64,000 bases of DNA from an uncultured archaeon (GTDB lineage: Archaea; Thermoproteota; Nitrososphaeria; Nitrososphaerales; Gagatemarchaeaceae), in assembly GCA_963799775.1 (NCBI GenBank), contig CAWCYD010000003.1:576001-640000 (forward strand), given 5' to 3'. Position 1 is the stretch's first letter. The number at the start of each line of letters is the position of its first letter. The notes under the pieces were generated by a model. It ran no database searches and was not told the DNA's origin. It worked only from the letters and a program-made list of their open reading frames with translations. Position numbers and translations under genes: made by a program. Shown one piece after another: positions 38,640 through 48,152 of the stretch.

Positions 38640-39799
38640 TTGAGGTTCTTTGTGGTAGGCGCGGGGATAAGCGGGCTCTTCCTCTCATACTACCTGCTGG
38701 AAAGGGGCCACGATGTCGTCATCGCCGACGTCGAGAGGGGCGTCGTCATGAACCTCGGCCAACAATGCCGGGCAGCTTTCTACTCGTCCTTCCTTCACTC
38801 CTCTCTTCCTCCCGACCCGGCCTGTGCGAATCTCGGCGAGGGAGAGACGGCGCAACCGGCGCTGGATGGCTTTGGCGAGGAAGCAGACACCGGACGCCTA
38901 CGAGAAGGTCGCCATCCCCCTTTCGATGAGAAGCTTGGAACTCTACAACGCGTTCTTCAAGAGGGAAAAGGGCAAAGTCGACCTCAAGGAGAAGGTGCTG
39001 GAGCTCAGGAAGACGGGCACCTCCGAGACGTTAGATAAGGAAGCAGGGGACCGTCCCATCGAGGGGAAGGAGCTCGATGAACCTAGGATACAAGGGGTTC
39101 CGATTCGGCCTGCTCAAAGACGAGAGATCGTTGTATTCGGCGAAGCTGCTTGTGCATCTGAAATCCAGAATCCTCTCAATGGGAGGGCACATAGGAACCG
39201 GAAGGGCCACGCTTCGCGCCTCAGGAGGCAGGATCTCCGCGGCCATAGTCAACGGCAGAGAGTTTCACGCCGAGAAGTACGTGGTCGCGGCAGGAGCTTG
39301 GAGCAACGAGGTCTGCAAGCCCCTAGGCTACGATCCTCTGATCCTCCCTGCAAGGGGGCTGGTGCTCTACTGCAAGACGGGCGGTTCCAAGCTGGTGGAC
39401 TACCCCGCGCACTACGACGAAGGACTCACGGTGACCCAGCACGATTCCGACACCCTTCGTCTGACGAGTTTCTTCGAGCTGGTCGGCTTCGAACCCAGAT
39501 TCAACCGGTCGCGAGTCGACTGGCTGTTTCGCACGGCAGTCTCTCACTTTTCGAGGAGCTCAGACGTCCGGGTCTCTGAGCTCGGAGTGGGATTCCGTCC
39601 TTCCACGCCAGACCAGCTTCCAGCAGTCGGGAAAGTCCCGAGATGCGACAACGGCTACCTACTGAGCGGCTCGTGCAGGAAGGGCATGGCCCTCGCACCA
39701 ATCCTCGGTAAAATGCTGATGAAGGAGATGCTCGGTTCTGACGACGTACCAGACCCGTTAGCCAGGGCGCTGGATCCAGGTAGGTTTCTAGCGATTTAG
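38640..39799 (+). CDS. FAD-dependent D-amino acid dehydrogenase/oxidase (DadA/DAO family), frameshifted
   Basis: VVGAGISG, VVAAGAWS, PARG, GFRPSTPDQLP, GMALAP across three ORF pieces. Confidence 0.88.
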
Positions 39800-39902
39800 T
39801 CTATTCTTCCGGTGGTCAGGCACGAAATGTACACGATATACCGCCAATCCTTCGTCCCTTCAGCGTGATGAGAAAGTCCTCGGATTGTCGCCAGCCTTCC
39901 AC

Positions 39903-40326
39903 TCATTCGAAAACTCGCTTGACTCCGTCGATTCGGTCAAAATCAGAGTCATTGGAGTAGATCTCTTGGATGTTCAGTCGCTCCATCTGACGGGCGATGA
40001 CTAGATCGTCGAACAGATGCCACCTTCCCTCGCTGCGCTTCTTCGCTTCGATGAAATCTGCGAACTCGGTCTCGGCCTTCATCATGGCAGGGAGCGACTG
40101 GAGGAATTCCAAGAACTGCGGGATTGCAGCCACCTTCTTTTTCCATCTGAGGTATGAGATGGACCTGGCTGATAACATGAGTGGATGCCGCCGCTTCCTC
40201 CCCCTGCTCGATCCTGGTGAGTATCGTCTTAGCGGTCTGTCCATACTTCGAGTCCGCCGCCAGACTATACACGAATATGTTCGAGTCGACGAATCTCAGG
40301 TCGGCATCACTCTTTTCCCGGTGCAT
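39903..40326 (-). CDS. vapC: PIN-domain toxin (VapC), frameshift near 40175
   Basis: RFVDSNIFVY, FDDLVIA, IYSNDSDFD. Confidence 0.88.
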
Positions 40327-40525
40327 CCTTGATGTCCTCGATGTTGACGCTGAAGCTGCCGAGGGCTCCATAGATGTCAGAAACGGTAACGACTCGCTTG
40401 CGCTTCAGGATGATCGCGCCGTCCTTGGCGGTTATCTCAAGTTTGTCTCCTTTTGTGATGCCGAGGTCTCTTCTGAGGTGCGCTGGGATTGTCACCCTGC
40501 CCCTACCTTCAACTTCTGCTTCCAA
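40307..40525 (-). CDS. AbrB/MazE-type antitoxin
   Basis: EGRGRVTIPAHLRRDLGITKGDKL. Confidence 0.9.
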   Translation of the reverse strand: MEAEVEGRGRVTIPAHLRRDLGITKGDKLEITAKDGAIILKRKRVVTVSDIYGALGSFSVNIEDIKDAPGKE

Positions 40526-40626
40526 TTAGTACCCACTCAGTCATCCCACTATTTTTGTGGGTTAAATAGATTCCCACGTCCAGTCGGGCGGCACCTCCAC
40601 CAACTCGATTTTCTGCATATTGTCGC

Positions 40627-40725
40627 CTGGCCGATCTTTACCGTGGTCTCGACTACAAGCCCGTCGTTCTGGACTACGTGCCGGAACGACTTGAACTTGG
40701 ATATGACTTCGAGGAGCTTCTCGAT
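40627..40725 (-). pseudogene. Orphan 3'-end duplicate of KaiC-like gene 41390..42166
   Basis: IEKLLEVISKFKSFRHVVQNDGLVVETTVKIG vs IEKLRKVIPKSKTFRHVVQNDGLVVETTARIG. Confidence 0.88.
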
Positions 40726-40773
40726 CGTTTGAGAGGAGAAGTCTAATGACCAGGCGGATGAAACGCCAGCGCC

Positions 40774-41115
40774 TTGGCCGTCGACGAAGAAGACTCCGAG
40801 CTGACGACAAGGGCTCATGACGGGAGCCGGTTCATTTTGACGAAAAGGCGTTGGCTCCACATCGTCGACAGGCATGGTGAGCTGAGGACACTTTTGGAAT
40901 CAATAGGGTTCGCGGCCGAGTCTCCAGATGAAATCTTCACGGATTCGCGTGGGATGTCACACCTTGTGAAGCGGTTGCACGACGCGCCTTCTGATTTCCT
41001 CATTCTTATCGCACGAAAGGAAACTTCCACAACCTATTTAGTGACCGCCTATCTCATGGGCAGCAAGAGAAAAGAAAGGAGGTATCGGAAATTCAAAAAG
41101 CAAACACTCTCTTAG
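40774..41115 (+). CDS. Putative RelE/BrnT-like (BECR-fold) toxin
   Basis: LTKRRWLHIVDRH.E..PDEIF..LVTAY; upstream of a DUF2283-like gene. Confidence 0.7.
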   Translation: MAVDEEDSELTTRAHDGSRFILTKRRWLHIVDRHGELRTLLESIGFAAESPDEIFTDSRGMSHLVKRLHDAPSDFLILIARKETSTTYLVTAYLMGSKRKERRYRKFKKQTLS

Positions 41116-41168
41116 ACATAGACCTAAAGAAAGTCATAGCGAGAACTGGAAAGAGGTATCATCTAAGG

Positions 41169-41345
41169 ATGCCATCCACGGTCCTCATGGCCGATTACGA
41201 CGACAAAGAGGGTGACCTATACATCAGATTCGTCGAATCGGACCATACCGAAGGAGAACCCACCGACGACGGCCTTGTCGTGGTCCACCGCGACAACAAG
41301 AACAACATTGCGGCAATCGAAATCCTCGATCTCTCAGAACTCTGA
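41169..41345 (+). CDS. DUF2283-like antitoxin (not in ORF track; start may lie further upstream)
   Basis: ADYDDKEGDLYIRF..DDGLVVVHRDNKNNIAAIEILDLSEL*. Confidence 0.75.
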   Translation: MPSTVLMADYDDKEGDLYIRFVESDHTEGEPTDDGLVVVHRDNKNNIAAIEILDLSEL

Positions 41346-41389
41346 GGATTGTCAGGGCCGCATCTTTATGCGACTGTTTCTGACTAGGG

Positions 41390-42166
41390 CTAGCCTATTC
41401 TCGCGGTGGTCTCTACGACGAGCCCGTCGTTCTGCACGACGTGCCTGAACGTCTTCGACTTTGGTATGACCTTGCGAAGCTTCTCAATCTCGACTTCGCC
41501 CTCTGCCTGTGAGTATCCTTCCACGAACTTGAAGTTAAGGACCCCATCCACCAGGCTCTTCAGGAATATGACCTGCCTCTCGTCGTGGGCGCCCTGGAGC
41601 ATGAGGATGAAGTGGACTCCGCCATACTTGTGCACGGCGCTCACCCAGAACAGCATCAAGTCGTTGATCTCTTGCGGCGTGTACTGGTTCATCAAGTAAG
41701 AGATGTTCAGGATGCTCCACCTCTCGTCCTTTAGCTTGCTGAGGAAGTCTCTGGTCAGAGAGCCTAGCCCTGCGGACGAGAGGTTTAGGATCTGCTCGCT
41801 CGGGACCTGGGGCATCAAGCCGACTAGCGTCTGGAGAGAGGGTGGCAGGGGCCTGACGAACTGCAGGCTGCCGTCCTGGACGTAGCTCTGGAAGTTCCAG
41901 CCGTAGAGGTCGGTGTCCTGCTTGATGTCGGTGCTGGAGGTCTCCGCTGTGTAGTAGACGGCCCTGCCCTTCTTTGCAAGGTGACTGAAAATCGCCTGCT
42001 GTGCGAAGGTGGTGAAGTATGTCCCGGGTTGTCCGGTCAGGATGTAGACCGCATCCTCGGGCATCCCGCCTCCGGTGACGAACTCGAGACCTGGTATCCC
42101 GAGGTTTGACAGCTTTACCTGATATTCCGCCGAAACAGCGTCAGATCGCTGGCCACTGAAGGCCAT
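41390..42166 (-). CDS. KaiC-like protein with degenerate Walker motifs
   Basis: LGIPGLE..GGG, GQPGTYFT (no Lys), ILN in place of VID, GAHDE..LVDG, IEKLR. Confidence 0.88.
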   Translation of the reverse strand: MAFSGQRSDAVSAEYQVKLSNLGIPGLEFVTGGGMPEDAVYILTGQPGTYFTTFAQQAIFSHLAKKGRAVYYTAETSSTDIKQDTDLYGWNFQSYVQDGSLQFVRPLPPSLQTLVGLMPQVPSEQILNLSSAGLGSLTRDFLSKLKDERWSILNISYLMNQYTPQEINDLMLFWVSAVHKYGGVHFILMLQGAHDERQVIFLKSLVDGVLNFKFVEGYSQAEGEVEIEKLRKVIPKSKTFRHVVQNDGLVVETTARIG

Positions 42167-42371
42167 TGGATTCTTCTAGAATGCTAGTCTGAGCGGTTCT
42201 ATTTATACTCTACTATAATTCTTTTCGTTTTGCAACAGATTATACCAATAAATTGCAGTGACCCGCACTTCCTTCGTCCCCTAAGAGTGGCAGTTTTTGG
42301 GCCGGCCATTTAAGCGCCCGCGCTTCCGGTAGATTGGTCAGCATAATGAACCTCAAAGAGCTTCCTTGGGC

Positions 42372-42535
42372 TCATCCGGGCGCGTCCTTAATGTCGTCGA
42401 TATCCACGGCGAAATGACCTCTGGCGCCGTAAGTGTGGGCGACGCTGACGATCTTCTTGCGCTTCAGGACGATCGCGGCTTTGGTGGTTATCTCCAACGC
42501 CTCCCCTTTGGTTATTCCGAGATCCCGCCTGATGC
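42372..42535 (-). pseudogene. Truncated AbrB antitoxin relic, paralog of 40307..40525
   Basis: IRRDLGITKGEALEIT..IVLKRKK..DIKDAPG; 5' end and toxin missing. Confidence 0.8.
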
Positions 42536-42684
42536 GAGAATTCCAAATAGCGCTCGTAACTTTACCCACCTTGGAATGGGCTATACACCTTCCCACGCGT
42601 CTTTGGAGAACCTTCTCCCGGAGTTGAGCACGGGCACGTGCAAAGCTTATTTAACATGCATAACATTGTTAAACATTGAGAAGG

Positions 42685-43065
42685 ATGAAAAAACAGGTTC
42701 TCATTAGGGGGGTCGACGAAAAGGTCTACCGACTAGCGAAGGCTGCCGCAGCCTCGGTTGGACTTTCAATGGGAGCCGCCGTAGAACAAGCCCTTGACGC
42801 TTGGGCAAAGGAGGTCGAGCGGTCCACTCTCGAGCGCGAACTCTCCGAGAATCTCAATTTCGTCAGGAGGGAGTGGGAGAACATCAAGATGCGACACCAA
42901 GGAGAATTCGCAGTTGTGGCCCAGGGGAAGCTGCAAGGGGCTTTTGGCTCCTACGATGAAGCCCGCAAGGTTTCTTCGAGGTTCAGGATTGCTTTGGCAT
43001 TCCCTGTCGAGGGGGATGCCCCGGAAAGGCGGGAGATCGAGTTCGGACCCGAGTTGGCTCTATAG
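42685..43065 (+). CDS. RHH plus DUF5678-like putative antitoxin
   Basis: KQVLIRGVDEKVY RHH-like N-terminus; HQGEFAVVAQGKL..SYDEA; TAACAT repeats upstream. Confidence 0.7.
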   Translation: MKKQVLIRGVDEKVYRLAKAAAASVGLSMGAAVEQALDAWAKEVERSTLERELSENLNFVRREWENIKMRHQGEFAVVAQGKLQGAFGSYDEARKVSSRFRIALAFPVEGDAPERREIEFGPELAL

Positions 43066-43420
43066 CGAGAAACACGTTCCGCCCGCGCCCGTGCTGAGGG
43101 TCGAACTGCTCGACTCAACTATAGAATGCATAGTGGATTCGGGCTTTGCGGGCGGGATCCTCGTCCCGTTCTCGACGTTCGAGTCGCTCGGGTTCCTCTC
43201 GAATATGTCCAAGGAAGAGTTCAGCGCGGTGAGGCCCGACATGAGGAGCTTTCCGCTCTTCACATCAAGGGGCAGAGCGAAGATCGGTCCGATGGAGATC
43301 GATGTCGATGTGCATTCTTCGCCGGCGCTGAGTCGAAGTCTGGTCGGCAGGCAATTTCTCAAGAACCTCAGAGCCGAGCTGGATGGTCCCCGACGAACCC
43401 TCACGATCAGGAATCCCTAG
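43042..43420 (+). CDS. Clan AA (retropepsin-like) aspartic protease; start uncertain
   Basis: PPAPV, IVDSGFAG catalytic motif, LVGRQFL, LDGP. Confidence 0.82.
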
Positions 43421-44074
43421 GTGCATGCGTAAGAAGACAAAACGAAAATGCCTGCTCAGGAGATAGGTCACGAAAGCACATCACCTTACCGAGAGGGTCG
43501 GCGACAGAATCCTTACGACTTTGGGTGCCTCGGCGCTCGGAGTTGACAGTCTTCGTCACCAGTCGATGGTCAGGCAAACAGAAAGAGACAGGTCAGAATC
43601 CAAGTAGCCTCGCTTCGTGAGAGCAAGGGCATCCCAAGGGGAGGCGCCGAAGGCCTCAGAATTCATCGACAACGAAATCTAGTAGTCGACGGGAGCTCAC
43701 GACGACAACTCTTTGAGCTCCAATACGACCTTGAGAAAGAGGAGCTCCTCGAACAAGTTGTCTGGGTTCAACGTAGAAGCCTGAACCGCCCTTCTCGTCA
43801 GTGACTTCGCCAGCCTTTCAAGCAGCTCGGGAAGTTCTTCTCGCTCTTCGCCCAGGCTTCCTCATGCCCCTGACGGCCCGCTCGACCATCCCTTCGAAGA
43901 GTGCCTCATCTTGGAGAAGTTCGCGGAACTTCCTCTTGTCCTCCTCGGTAAGGGTCCCCCAATGTTTCGCATCTCGACCGTCCCAGAGCAATCCGAATGT
44001 CTCTAATAAACACCCATGAGGCTCCGTCGAGCAGCGCCAAGCCCTCCGAGTCCATCTACAACGAGTAAGCGGCG

Positions 44075-44536
44075 TTACTCCGTTCCGCTGTCCGGTGCGA
44101 CTAGTGCCCCGAGTCCTTTGGCCGCTATCTTGAGGAACCTCGTCGGGCTGACTACTCTGATGCCCTTGAACTTCCGCAGCTTGAGCAGGTGTTTGTCGCC
44201 AGAGACGATGTAGTCTGCCTTGCCGTCGTACGCGGTGTTTACCACGACGTCGTCCTCAGGGTCATCCTTGACCGCCCCGAAGCTCGAATTTACGTCGACG
44301 AGCTCAGCGACATCCCTTATCGCCGCCTCGAACTCCGAAACCTCACGCGTCCCATATCCGAACCTGCTTTGCACTTCTTCCCTGGTCATCACGTCCCTGA
44401 ACTCCTCGAGTAACCCGTCAGAGAGCACCAGGGTAACCTCGTCCAGCATGAGCACCAGCTCAAGGATGTCTGCGGGGTTGCCGCGCTTGGAGATGAACGC
44501 CGATACAAGGACGTTGGTGTCGAGGGTGACTCTCAT
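44075..44536 (-). CDS. vapC: PIN-domain toxin (TIGR00305-like)
   Basis: VTLDTNVLVSA, DDPEDD, ADYIVSGDKHLL. Confidence 0.92.
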   Translation of the reverse strand: MRVTLDTNVLVSAFISKRGNPADILELVLMLDEVTLVLSDGLLEEFRDVMTREEVQSRFGYGTREVSEFEAAIRDVAELVDVNSSFGAVKDDPEDDVVVNTAYDGKADYIVSGDKHLLKLRKFKGIRVVSPTRFLKIAAKGLGALVAPDSGTE

Positions 44537-44799
44537 CCGCTCATCTTTCGAGCCGCCTGTATCAGGCCCTGGATCTCCTTCTCAGTGAAGCCCGATTTCT
44601 TCGCCTTGGCCCGGGCCTCTCCCAGCAGGCCCTTGAGGCGGAGCTTCTCCTGCGACAGCTCCAGCTTCCTGAGCACGATGGTGTCGCCCAAGCCCATGAC
44701 TATGAACCTCTCCCCTTCCTTGAGGTGCATGCTCCTTCTGAGCTCGGTGGGGATCACCACCTGCCCCCTCTCGGAGAGCCTAGTCATCTCAATCGTCAT
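44533..44799 (-). CDS. AbrB/MazE-type antitoxin
   Basis: LSERGQVVIPTELRR..LKEGE. Confidence 0.9.
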   Translation of the reverse strand: MTIEMTRLSERGQVVIPTELRRSMHLKEGERFIVMGLGDTIVLRKLELSQEKLRLKGLLGEARAKAKKSGFTEKEIQGLIQAARKMSG

Positions 44800-45065
44800 C
44801 TTATAGTCGCTAAATAAGACACATCTTATCGATATTTATGGGTTTATGCCACCTCAGCAGCGTCAGGAGATGGCCTCCTGCTCCCATGAAACCCATACCC
44901 CAGACACGGATATCCGGGCTCCCCGGGTCTTGGAGTCCGTCTCGTCGGTCGGCGGCCCAAGCGATAGGTCGATTATTCCAATGGAACCTGTGTTGGTCCA
45001 AATGGCGCAGCGGCCATCGGCCGGCACGCATCAGATGGATTCCTCAACTTCGTTGGCGGATGGTC

Positions 45066-45914
45066 TTAGTTTGCCGCGTGGTAGAGCTCGATCGCCCTGT
45101 GGGCCGCGGGCCCATCATGGGCCAGACCTGCATTGGTGATCTCCGTGCGGAGAACGTTCTTCACTCTCTGCCTGATCCCCCTCTCCGCCAGCCCCTCGAG
45201 ACCCAGGTAGGCGCCTGCCGCGCTGAACCTTTTCGCGCTCCAGGTGTGGATTGCCTCTCGGGTGACCTTCTCGACGCTCTTCGCCTCATAGCCCTCCATC
45301 ATGAGGTGCAACCTGGGGACGAACTTGTCCTCGTCGAACCTTGGATCGGTATACATCCTGAGGATCGTCTCCGCAAACATGGGCCTCGCCATTTCAAGGG
45401 CGCTCGGACCGCCTTTGGACAGGATGAGGTCGATCAGCCCCAAGCTTGCCTTCGCACGGGTGGGGTCGTCGACGTCCTTGGCGATCTCCTGCAGCAGGAG
45501 GTAGACACGGATCCTCATGTCTCCCGTCCACGCAGCGATCTCAAGCGAAAGACGGTTGATTATGGATGTGAAGCTATCTAGCAGTTCGACTCTCGACGAG
45601 TCCGGCTGCCTTGAGACGAGCTTGTGGAAAGCGACATCGAAGCTCTTCATCGCACTCTGCTGCGGTGCCTTGCTCTTTTGTTTCGCAGGAGTCTTCCTCT
45701 CCTTGGCAGATTGAGATCCTTCGGACGAGGTCTCGTTATCCTTCTTGCCCTGTCTTACTTGGGCCGTGACCACAGTTGCGGCGACAAGGCCGGCGCCACC
45801 GCCAAGCATCAGGGAGTTGTAGGGTTCTGGGACCATGTCCACCGAATAGGAGTACATTGAAGCGACGCCGAGGCCAGCCACCACCGCCTCCGCGATCCGG
45901 CCCAGTATTCTCAA
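45066..45914 (-). CDS. Membrane-anchored helical hypothetical protein
   Basis: Two N-terminal TM segments followed by an alpha-helical domain. Confidence 0.7.
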   Translation of the reverse strand: MRILGRIAEAVVAGLGVASMYSYSVDMVPEPYNSLMLGGGAGLVAATVVTAQVRQGKKDNETSSEGSQSAKERKTPAKQKSKAPQQSAMKSFDVAFHKLVSRQPDSSRVELLDSFTSIINRLSLEIAAWTGDMRIRVYLLLQEIAKDVDDPTRAKASLGLIDLILSKGGPSALEMARPMFAETILRMYTDPRFDEDKFVPRLHLMMEGYEAKSVEKVTREAIHTWSAKRFSAAGAYLGLEGLAERGIRQRVKNVLRTEITNAGLAHDGPAAHRAIELYHAAN

Positions 45915-46143
45915 AAGAAGCAGTGATATGAATCTCGAAATCAGATTTAACCAGCATGAAATTGGGCTCTATGTTAGATTTGCACTTGCGTCAGGCCGAG
46001 TAAGAGATTTTCTACGTGTATTCGCTGAATTAGGGCGATAATCGCAGAACAAGAAGAAATTTCATGAATCTAGCTCTATAGATTCTATATGAACTGGGCT
46101 TGGATGGAGAAATGAAAATGGGGGGGCAGCCAGCAGGAGGCGT

Positions 46144-46821
46144 TTAGCCTGTTCTGCCGGCTGTAATTGAGAACACCGCAGTTCCGCCCGTAGCAGTTAC
46201 GACCTTGACTGAGTTGCTCGTGCCCGATACTGACCCGCCTTGGATTCCAATGACCAACTGCGCTGTGCCTTGTGACGCTATGGTCAGGTTAGGAGTCTCG
46301 TCGCTTGCTGCGTTGCCCGTCGTGAAGCATGCATTAGCTGCGCACGTGCTGCTGCCCTCAGTACCGCATGCCGTGGCAATTCCGGATGCCGGGGCACTGG
46401 TCGTGTGGGTGACACTTTGGACGACTGGAGAGCTGGTTAGGATGGCATAACAGTTTTGTCCTGCTGTTGTTGGGACGAGGAAGTTCGCGGAGTACTTGCC
46501 TGTGGTAATGGCCCACGGGTTCAGCGCGACTCCGTTGTAGTAGACGGCGCTTATTGTGAGTGAGGAGCCTCCTGTATTCTCCATGTTTATGACGGCTACG
46601 ACGCCGTTTGTGGAACCTCCAGTTCCGTTGCCATTAAGACCCTGGAAGCTGTAGGCTTGCATTTGGAGTTGGGATGAGACTTGGCTTCCGCCTCCGCTGG
46701 TGAGTCCACCTGCGAGGCTGTTGACGTAGACGTAGACGATGATGCCTGCGGCTACTGCGATGGCGATGAGTAGGAGTGATGCGATGATGGGGGAAACTGC
46801 TCGTCTTCGTGTGAACTTCAT
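46144..46821 (-). CDS. Archaeal type IV pilin (family B)
   Basis: MKFTRRRA/VSPIIASLLLIAIAVAAG; C-terminus AGRTG. Confidence 0.92.
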   Translation of the reverse strand: MKFTRRRAVSPIIASLLLIAIAVAAGIIVYVYVNSLAGGLTSGGGSQVSSQLQMQAYSFQGLNGNGTGGSTNGVVAVINMENTGGSSLTISAVYYNGVALNPWAITTGKYSANFLVPTTAGQNCYAILTSSPVVQSVTHTTSAPASGIATACGTEGSSTCAANACFTTGNAASDETPNLTIASQGTAQLVIGIQGGSVSGTSNSVKVVTATGGTAVFSITAGRTG

Positions 46822-46823
46822 GA

Positions 46824-47294
46824 CTAGCCTGTCCTCCCCGCGATCACTGAGAATGTGGATGTTCCTCCGGTCGATGTCTCTACCTTGATTGTGTGACTCG
46901 TTCCTGAATTGGGGGCAGTTACTAGGGAGTCTATGAATTTGAGGGTGAGAGTCTGGCCCACGGTGCAGCTCGCGTATGGCGGGTTCGCACCAGCACTGCA
47001 AGTTCCTGACACGGAATTTGCGGCGCCCTCAAGGCTGCCATCAATGAATACCGAGGTCACTGAGACAGACGTCGAACCGACATCCCTGACGGTGAAGGTA
47101 AGGCTCGTACCGGAGACGTAGTTGTAGGCGTCGAGTTGAAGCTGATCGGAGACCTGCGCGCCTCCTCCTTGTGTGAGGCCGCCTGCGAGGCTGTTGACAT
47201 AGACGTAGACGATGATGCCCGCCGCCACCGCTATCGCGATGAGGAGCAGGGTGGCTATGATTGGATCGACTGCTTTGCGTTGTGTTTTCATCAT
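46824..47294 (-). CDS. Archaeal type IV pilin (family B)
   Basis: RKA/VDPIIATLLLIAIAVAAG; C-terminus GTSHTIKV..AGRTG. Confidence 0.92.
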   Translation of the reverse strand: MMKTQRKAVDPIIATLLLIAIAVAAGIIVYVYVNSLAGGLTQGGGAQVSDQLQLDAYNYVSGTSLTFTVRDVGSTSVSVTSVFIDGSLEGAANSVSGTCSAGANPPYASCTVGQTLTLKFIDSLVTAPNSGTSHTIKVETSTGGTSTFSVIAGRTG

Positions 47295-47317
47295 TGGGCG
47301 AAGAGACCAGGCCAGTG

Positions 47318-47345
47318 TATATAATGCGGTTGAACAAGTTTTTCA
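47318..47345 (-). promoter_or_regulatory. TATA box plus GAACAA-N-TT(T)TTC site of pilin pair
   Basis: Same architecture and spacing as 48641-48667. Confidence 0.6.
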
Positions 47346-47560
47346 AGAAAAATGCTCCACGAATCTGAAAGGATAGCCCGCGGTTCCTCGAACATTGCAA
47401 TTCTCAGAGGCCCCTTGCCGAAGTGACGTCTTTTAGCTTCATCAGGTGCCGAAATCCGGACCACTAGTCTATGTGAGAGCCTCTCATGATGGTCGAGGCT
47501 TTCGCACCGCCGCCGTTCGGGGCCCTACCCCTGTTCGGCATTTATTGAGAAGAGTTGAGA

Positions 47561-48148
47561 CTACCCTGAACGGCCCACGGTCACGCTGAACACGTACGTG
47601 GCACCCGTTGAACTAACGACTTTGACGGTGTGGGACGTTCCTGCCGTCAATGCGTTGGTGGCCACATTCACACCGATTTCGACCGCCCCTGTTCCTGTCG
47701 CACTTGCTCCACCAGCCGAATAGGTCGTTTGTGCAGAAGCAGCCGGTGCCGCAGCGCAATAGAACGTGGAGGCGGCGATTGTAATGACGCAATTGGCGCT
47801 CGTGGGAGCGTACACGTAAGCTGAAGCAAACGACGCCGCGCTTACCGATGTAGGTGGATTAGTCCCTGCAACGGGAACCAGTACTCCATCGAAGTAAACG
47901 CTGCTGATCGTAGTCGATGAGCTGCCTGAATTGACAAGGAAGACTTGCACGACCTGGTTTGACCCTACGTTGAAATTGTAGCCCTGCATCTGGAGCCTTT
48001 CGGTGGTCTGCTGTCCTCCTCCTGCCGTCAGGTTCGCAGCCAGACCATTCACAAACACGTAGACGATGATACTTGCCGCTACCGCGATTGCGATCAATAG
48101 TAATGTCGCTATGATCACTGAGACTCCTCTGCGCCTACTGAACTTCAT
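47561..48148 (-). CDS. Archaeal type IV pilin (family B)
   Basis: MKFSRRRG/VSVIIATLLL; C-terminus VGRSG. Confidence 0.92.
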   Translation of the reverse strand: MKFSRRRGVSVIIATLLLIAIAVAASIIVYVFVNGLAANLTAGGGQQTTERLQMQGYNFNVGSNQVVQVFLVNSGSSSTTISSVYFDGVLVPVAGTNPPTSVSAASFASAYVYAPTSANCVITIAASTFYCAAAPAASAQTTYSAGGASATGTGAVEIGVNVATNALTAGTSHTVKVVSSTGATYVFSVTVGRSG

Positions 48149-48152
48149 CGTA

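Noticed and set aside
24391-42166. Circadian clock (kaiABC)
   Set aside because: All proteins are single-domain KaiC-like; no KaiA or KaiB and no double-domain KaiC.
43421-44070. Short ORF fragments (e.g. minus-strand WGTLTEEDKRKFRELLQDEALFEGMVERAV) that might be further TA debris
   Set aside because: No start codon or recognisable motif; cannot be assigned without a database search.
37832-44799. Integron cassette array or IS-derived island
   Set aside because: No integrase or transposase, and no repeated attC-like hairpins or terminal inverted repeats seen between modules.
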